This document shows, piece by piece, positions 59,701 to 64,000 of a DNA stretch of 64,000 nt; position 1 is the stretch's first letter, and each line of letters opens with the position of its first letter. The notes beneath the pieces are model-generated. The model made no database searches. It was given only the letters and a program-made list of their open reading frames with translations, and was not told where the DNA came from. The stretch comes from Cycas panzhihuaensis (Eukaryota > Plantae > Cycadophyta). A program made the translations under genes and the position numbers. The DNA lies in NCBI GenBank assembly GCA_023213395.1, contig CM041465.1:195245741-195309740 (forward strand). Reading direction: 5' to 3'.

Positions 59701-60775
59701 CTATGTTAAACTTCGCGGTATCGCAGAGTTTGGCTTGGGTCCTGTGGCGATCGAGGCCCCGCGGCAAAGATCATGGCATCGCAATCTTTGTCACGCTGTG
59801 AACGTCACCCCCCCAAAAGGAGGGGTTTTCTGCCCAAAAAATCTTAAAGTTTTTGCCTAGGTGAGCCACTCTCAGGCTCACCAGGATCGGGGCTGCCTAT
59901 TGCCCTGATCTTGCCTCTCTCTGGGTCTAGTTTGGACTCTAGGAGATTGCTTCTTGCCTTTAAGAGGCCCAAAACTACACTGAAAAGTATTAAAAAAGTA
60001 ATAAATTTAAATTGTGAGATGAGCTTGGGTTTTGATGATCCACTCACTGGATCTGGTCATGCCATCACCATCTCGTCACCCTCGTCTCAACAGCTATCTC
60101 CTCATCTCGATTTAACGGTCAGATCTCCCTTTGTGTGCCTCTGAAGTTAGGTGGCACTCCGCTGCATAAGGGAAGGGCTCTTAATTTGTTCATGAGCCCG
60201 TGAAAATGAATCCCACTTTCATCGAGTTTCCTTATATAGGTGGGGGTCCCGATGGGCACTTTCTCCATTTTGGCCTGTAAGATAGCCCTTAGGGCCATCT
60301 CTCATCCCCGATCACTATTGTTTTCTGGCCCTATCTCTACTTTCGCTTCTATAGCCCATGTTTTGCTCGTTCTTTTGGGTGCATTTATGGTGCCTTGTCA
60401 ACTCATTTTTGCCAGGGCTCTTCTCTCTTGTTTTGCGTGTCATTCTCGTGCATGCCCAAGTTTATACTTGTTTGGCTCATTTTGCCACCCTCGATTTATT
60501 TTTGCAGTCTGTTTGTACCGCTGGGGTCTCTAGAGGGAGCTCTCCCTCCGTTCAGGATCGCTCTTTGCTTTTAAGCAACCTTTGGCACCCCAGGGTGGCC
60601 TTCTTGCTGCCTGCTCTCTGTTAGTGGTCGAATAGTCTACTCCTATCCCCGGGTAGCCTCATTGCTGGGTCCTCTTACACTTCGCGGGCATCATTGTTAG
60701 CCATACGAGCTCCTTTTTCGGTGACTTCAACTTTATCACATATTTCCTCCACTGAGACACTTTCTTTTCTCACCC

Positions 60776-61198
60776 ATGACTCTTTTCATCTTCACCGACG
60801 GTGGAAGTTGTGGTAATCCTGGTCCCTCCACAGTCGTGTGGATTCTTCGTGACCCTTCCAGACATGATTTCCTATGTTCTGGAGTCTTCCTCCCTGAGGC
60901 CACCAATAATGAAGCTGAGTACATGACCGTTATCGAAGCCCTCACCGATGCACTCTATTTCCACCATGGATATATTATTCTTCTTTGTGACTCCCAGGTG
61001 GTGGTGTCCCATCTCACCCAAGTCTACCAGGTGCAATGCCCATGCTTGAGAGCCCTCGCTTTGAATGCTAGGTCCCTATTGGCTTGTTTTCAGTCTGTCG
61101 ATATTTGACACATCCCTGGAGCCCTCAACGTTGAGGCGGATAGCCTCGTATGCCTCATCCTCAGGCGTCACCTCCCTTTTCTTGTCAACCACCCTTGA
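60776..61198 (+). pseudogene. Stand-alone archaeal-type RNase H (aRH) ORF with one internal TGA at 61106-61108
   Basis: FTDGGSCGNPG..ATNNEAEY..CDSQVVV..*HIPGALNVEADSL: all four acidic catalytic positions (D,E,D,D) are present; own ATG at 60776. Confidence 0.9.
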
Positions 61199-61602
61199 GA
61201 GACTTGCTCAGTTGCCCTATCGCCCAAGTCTTGAGCCATCTTGCATTTTACTTTGCGATCTGCTCGCACCTCTGAAAGCTAGCCGCTAATGAGGTTAAAC
61301 TATGGTGACCATAATGTTTGTTCATTTACTCTTTCTCTTGTCACCGTTACACCTTCTCTTTGTACTCTTATGATGGGAGCACCCCCCTCATCTGTCATAG
61401 CTTCCAATCGATTCCCGGGTGGCATATAGGCAATTGCTATGTTGTCTCCACCCTTGTTCTCATATCTACACGTTCTGCCATGACACTTGTTAGCACCCTT
61501 AGACCTTGTTATGATTATAATTATTATATAGACATGTGCTACTCATAGTTTTGTTGCTAGCATTCGCCATCGCATTATGTTTCTGAGCGGTGAGGCTCAC
61601 GC

Positions 61603-61612
61603 CAAGGGGTAG
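61603..61612 (+). promoter_or_regulatory. Polypurine tract before the 3' LTR
   Basis: CAAGGGGTAG immediately before TGTTTCAC. Confidence 0.65.
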
Positions 61613-64000
61613 TGTTTCACAGCCACAGGAATGGATATAGACAGGTTGACTCAGGTAAGTGTAGGTATGCTTCTTTATTTTTGCCTTTATTATTTCTTTG
61701 GGAAGGTAGATAGAAGCATTGCCTCATTGCATGATTGACTGTCACATTTGGGTGACCATCTTGTATCCATTGCTTGATCACGCTGCTTGTCATGTTTTCA
61801 GCCTATGACGACCTATGAGACCTACCTCTCCCCGAGATAGGCTTCCCCATGGCATTTTACAACTCTCCACAACACCTCCATGTCACCTCAAGACTCATTT
61901 AACTTATGTGATCTACTCACACCTTGATCTTGCACCCCTTTCATAGCATTTTTGGGAATCTTAACTCATGATGTCTCATTTGGTCTAGCCCATATGTCAC
62001 CCAGACTGTTCCTAGCCACTTAGACAGGAGGGCTAGCCCCTCCTAGACCTATCACATCTCCATTCAAGGCTCCTAGAACCCTAGCCGTTGCTATTTTAGT
62101 ATTCTGGTCTTGCACCAGAAACTAAGCAAGATCTTAAGTTTACCACGCATCTGTAATTTTTATTTTTATTATCCACCATGGTAATTCTCACTTTTTTCGT
62201 GGAACTGCCACATGGGTAAGTTACCAACTCAACCCTGCCTAAACCCTAATCACTCGATTAGGGTTAGGATGGGTATATCCCCTGAAAAGTACCTCATTTC
62301 ATATCTCTTAGCTCTCCAACAACACTTTCTACTACTGTAATTCTACTCTCTTCCTCCTCTATTTCATAGGTGCGCTTGCAACACTGGTGTTTTCTATCAT
62401 TCCGGCCTAGGATTCACTTGCAACAGCTCTGTCACGTGGTAAAAAAATCTCCACCAAGCATTTCTAAGTGAGATCTCCACGTTTATCCTTCAGTTCCATC
62501 TAGCAAGTGTCTTCTAGAGCTCTACTTTGTGAGGTACCCTACAAACCTTGTAGGACCTACCCTCTTCCACTGTTTGCAGGGGTAGGTCAGCCCCTAACAT
62601 AGCCCAGCAGGTACCCCTTACCTTGTTTTTATGTTTCAACACATATTTACTCTATTAGAGCTTGTTTGAAAGTATACTTTCTCCCCTTTTTTATCTTTTT
62701 GCTATAAAAGGGATTGCTCTTTCTTGTGTTTGGCTTCAAATACCTCAATCCTCCTCCCATTCTCTGTTGGTTTCTCTCAAGAAAGATGTAGGAGAGGGGC
62801 CGTAAGGACTGGGTGAAGGGACTAAGGTGGGATCTGTCCCATTTAGACCTACTCCCCAAGGGCAAACCCCTTCCCATCCTTCCTCTCTTGCGCCCATGCT
62901 TTCCTTGGGCAAACTAGGAGTTGGTGAGATCTAAACCTGCACTAGATATCAGCATATGAAGCCCTTGATGCACTGGTTCTAGGCCTGCATGCTCTCCCTT
63001 TGGGCCCTCTTTACACCCCTAACATTGTCCAGCATCCATTCTGACCTTTGGCAAGGCCTATGTGGCGATTTTCTGCCCATAATGACTCTGCTACTTAGGC
63101 ATCTCTTCTACGTCCTGCAATATTCATTCCCATGCTTGTTCACTACTTATAGGTTGTCACATAACCATCATTCTTTGCATTTTGAGGTTACGTGGAGGTC
63201 TGCTTGTGGGGGGTTTTGCCATCCTGAGGCTAGCCTCCCTTGCTTGCTTGGTATACATTGTTTTTCTTTTGAGGAGAGCGGAGTTGATTTGAGTAGTAGT
63301 TTCACTAACTTAAGGTACAAAATTTTAGCGTTTGTTTTGTATCATTGCCTATATAGTATCTTACATCTTGGAAGCCCCTTCTTGGAAGGGAAAACCCTTT
63401 GTGATTGCAGGTTTACGGCAGTGTTTGTAAAGGGAAATGATGCACTAATCTGGGCAAGTCTTCACCCTTCTTTCCTCTTCTGTCTTTTCTCGCTTCCTTG
63501 TATGTTTTTAGCTCTCTTTGCTTTCCTGCTTCATTTTGGTTCTTTACACGGGGAAGGTAAGGAAGCCCCTACTTCACTTTCGCTCCAACTACAGTTACAT
63601 ATCAACTAAGGATGGTAGGGCATACGTGGCATGTAAGCGAGGTTTCCCGTCAACCGCTTCACCTTCTAAGTATGCATCATCTCTCCCCTTCTGCTTCCTT
63701 CTTTTTATGCTCTTATTAGGCATCTATTGTATTTGTATAATAAGTCACACAAAGATCCAAAGGGTAATAAACCAACTACTTGCATTTACTTTGCATATGT
63801 GTGTTACACTTTTGCTTCTATAGGAAAATGACATAATAGGGATTGTACTCCCTCCCTTTTCCTACCTAAACTAAAAGTACCCCTTAGTTGTATTTCACTT
63901 TAGTATGCATATTTAAATGTACACAGAACACCTGTTTTCCTTTCTTTTCTTTGTCTTTTGTTATTAAAAAGGAAAAGAGAGAGAGGGAGCGTAGCTCTTA
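61613..64000 (+). repeat. 3' LTR, truncated by the window end (~420 bp expected beyond)
   Basis: Homologous to 47221-49630. Confidence 0.92.

Larger units (their letters stand above)
47221..64000 (+). mobile_element. Near-complete Ty3/Gypsy Tat-lineage retrotransposon (>16.8 kb): LTR-PBS-gag-PR-RT-RH-INT-[antisense PMD gene]-aRH-PPT-LTR
   Basis: Long direct repeats 47221-~50052 and 61613->64000, Tat/Ogre-type PBS, full Gypsy domain set without chromodomain, extra RNase H; clearly GC-richer than flanks. Confidence 0.93.

Noticed and set aside
57346-59709. Plus-strand ORFs over the PMD region (e.g. 57346-57957, 58317-58763, 59131-59391)
   Set aside because: Shadow frames of the GC-rich minus-strand gene; the motifs are on the minus strand.
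60776-61198. Host or horizontally acquired bacterial rnhA gene
   Set aside because: Lies between the element's LTRs just before the PPT and matches the aRH type known from Tat elements.

Overview
Eukaryotic, gene-free, repeat-saturated plant DNA, most consistent with a large-genome vascular plant such as a gymnosperm (inference from the element types and heavy C>T/G>A decay). No intact host gene, RNA gene or CRISPR array is supported. The window is a nested stack of decayed retroelements. It holds two chromodomain-bearing Ty3/Gypsy relics and an 8.7-kb non-autonomous LTR element (GGGAG TSD) carrying a ~4.2-kb (AT)n-based microsatellite. It also holds a full-length L1-type LINE with a C-terminal RNase H, a poly(A) tail and a 17-bp TSD, plus Copia relics (one with both LTRs and a TTCTT TSD). 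Old Tat-type relics are present, one hosting a 323-bp TRIM with a CTTGT TSD. From 47221 to beyond the window end lies a much younger, GC-richer Tat-lineage Ty3/Gypsy element with ~2.8-kb LTRs. Its 3' region is the most interesting part. After integrase it carries an antisense, probably intron-containing Plant Mobile Domain (PMD) gene, placed head-to-head with a free-standing archaeal-type RNase H ORF, while the RNase H inside pol has lost its first catalytic Asp. The individual parts are known from the literature; whether this combined cassette is described cannot be decided without searches. All coordinates and identities were read by eye.
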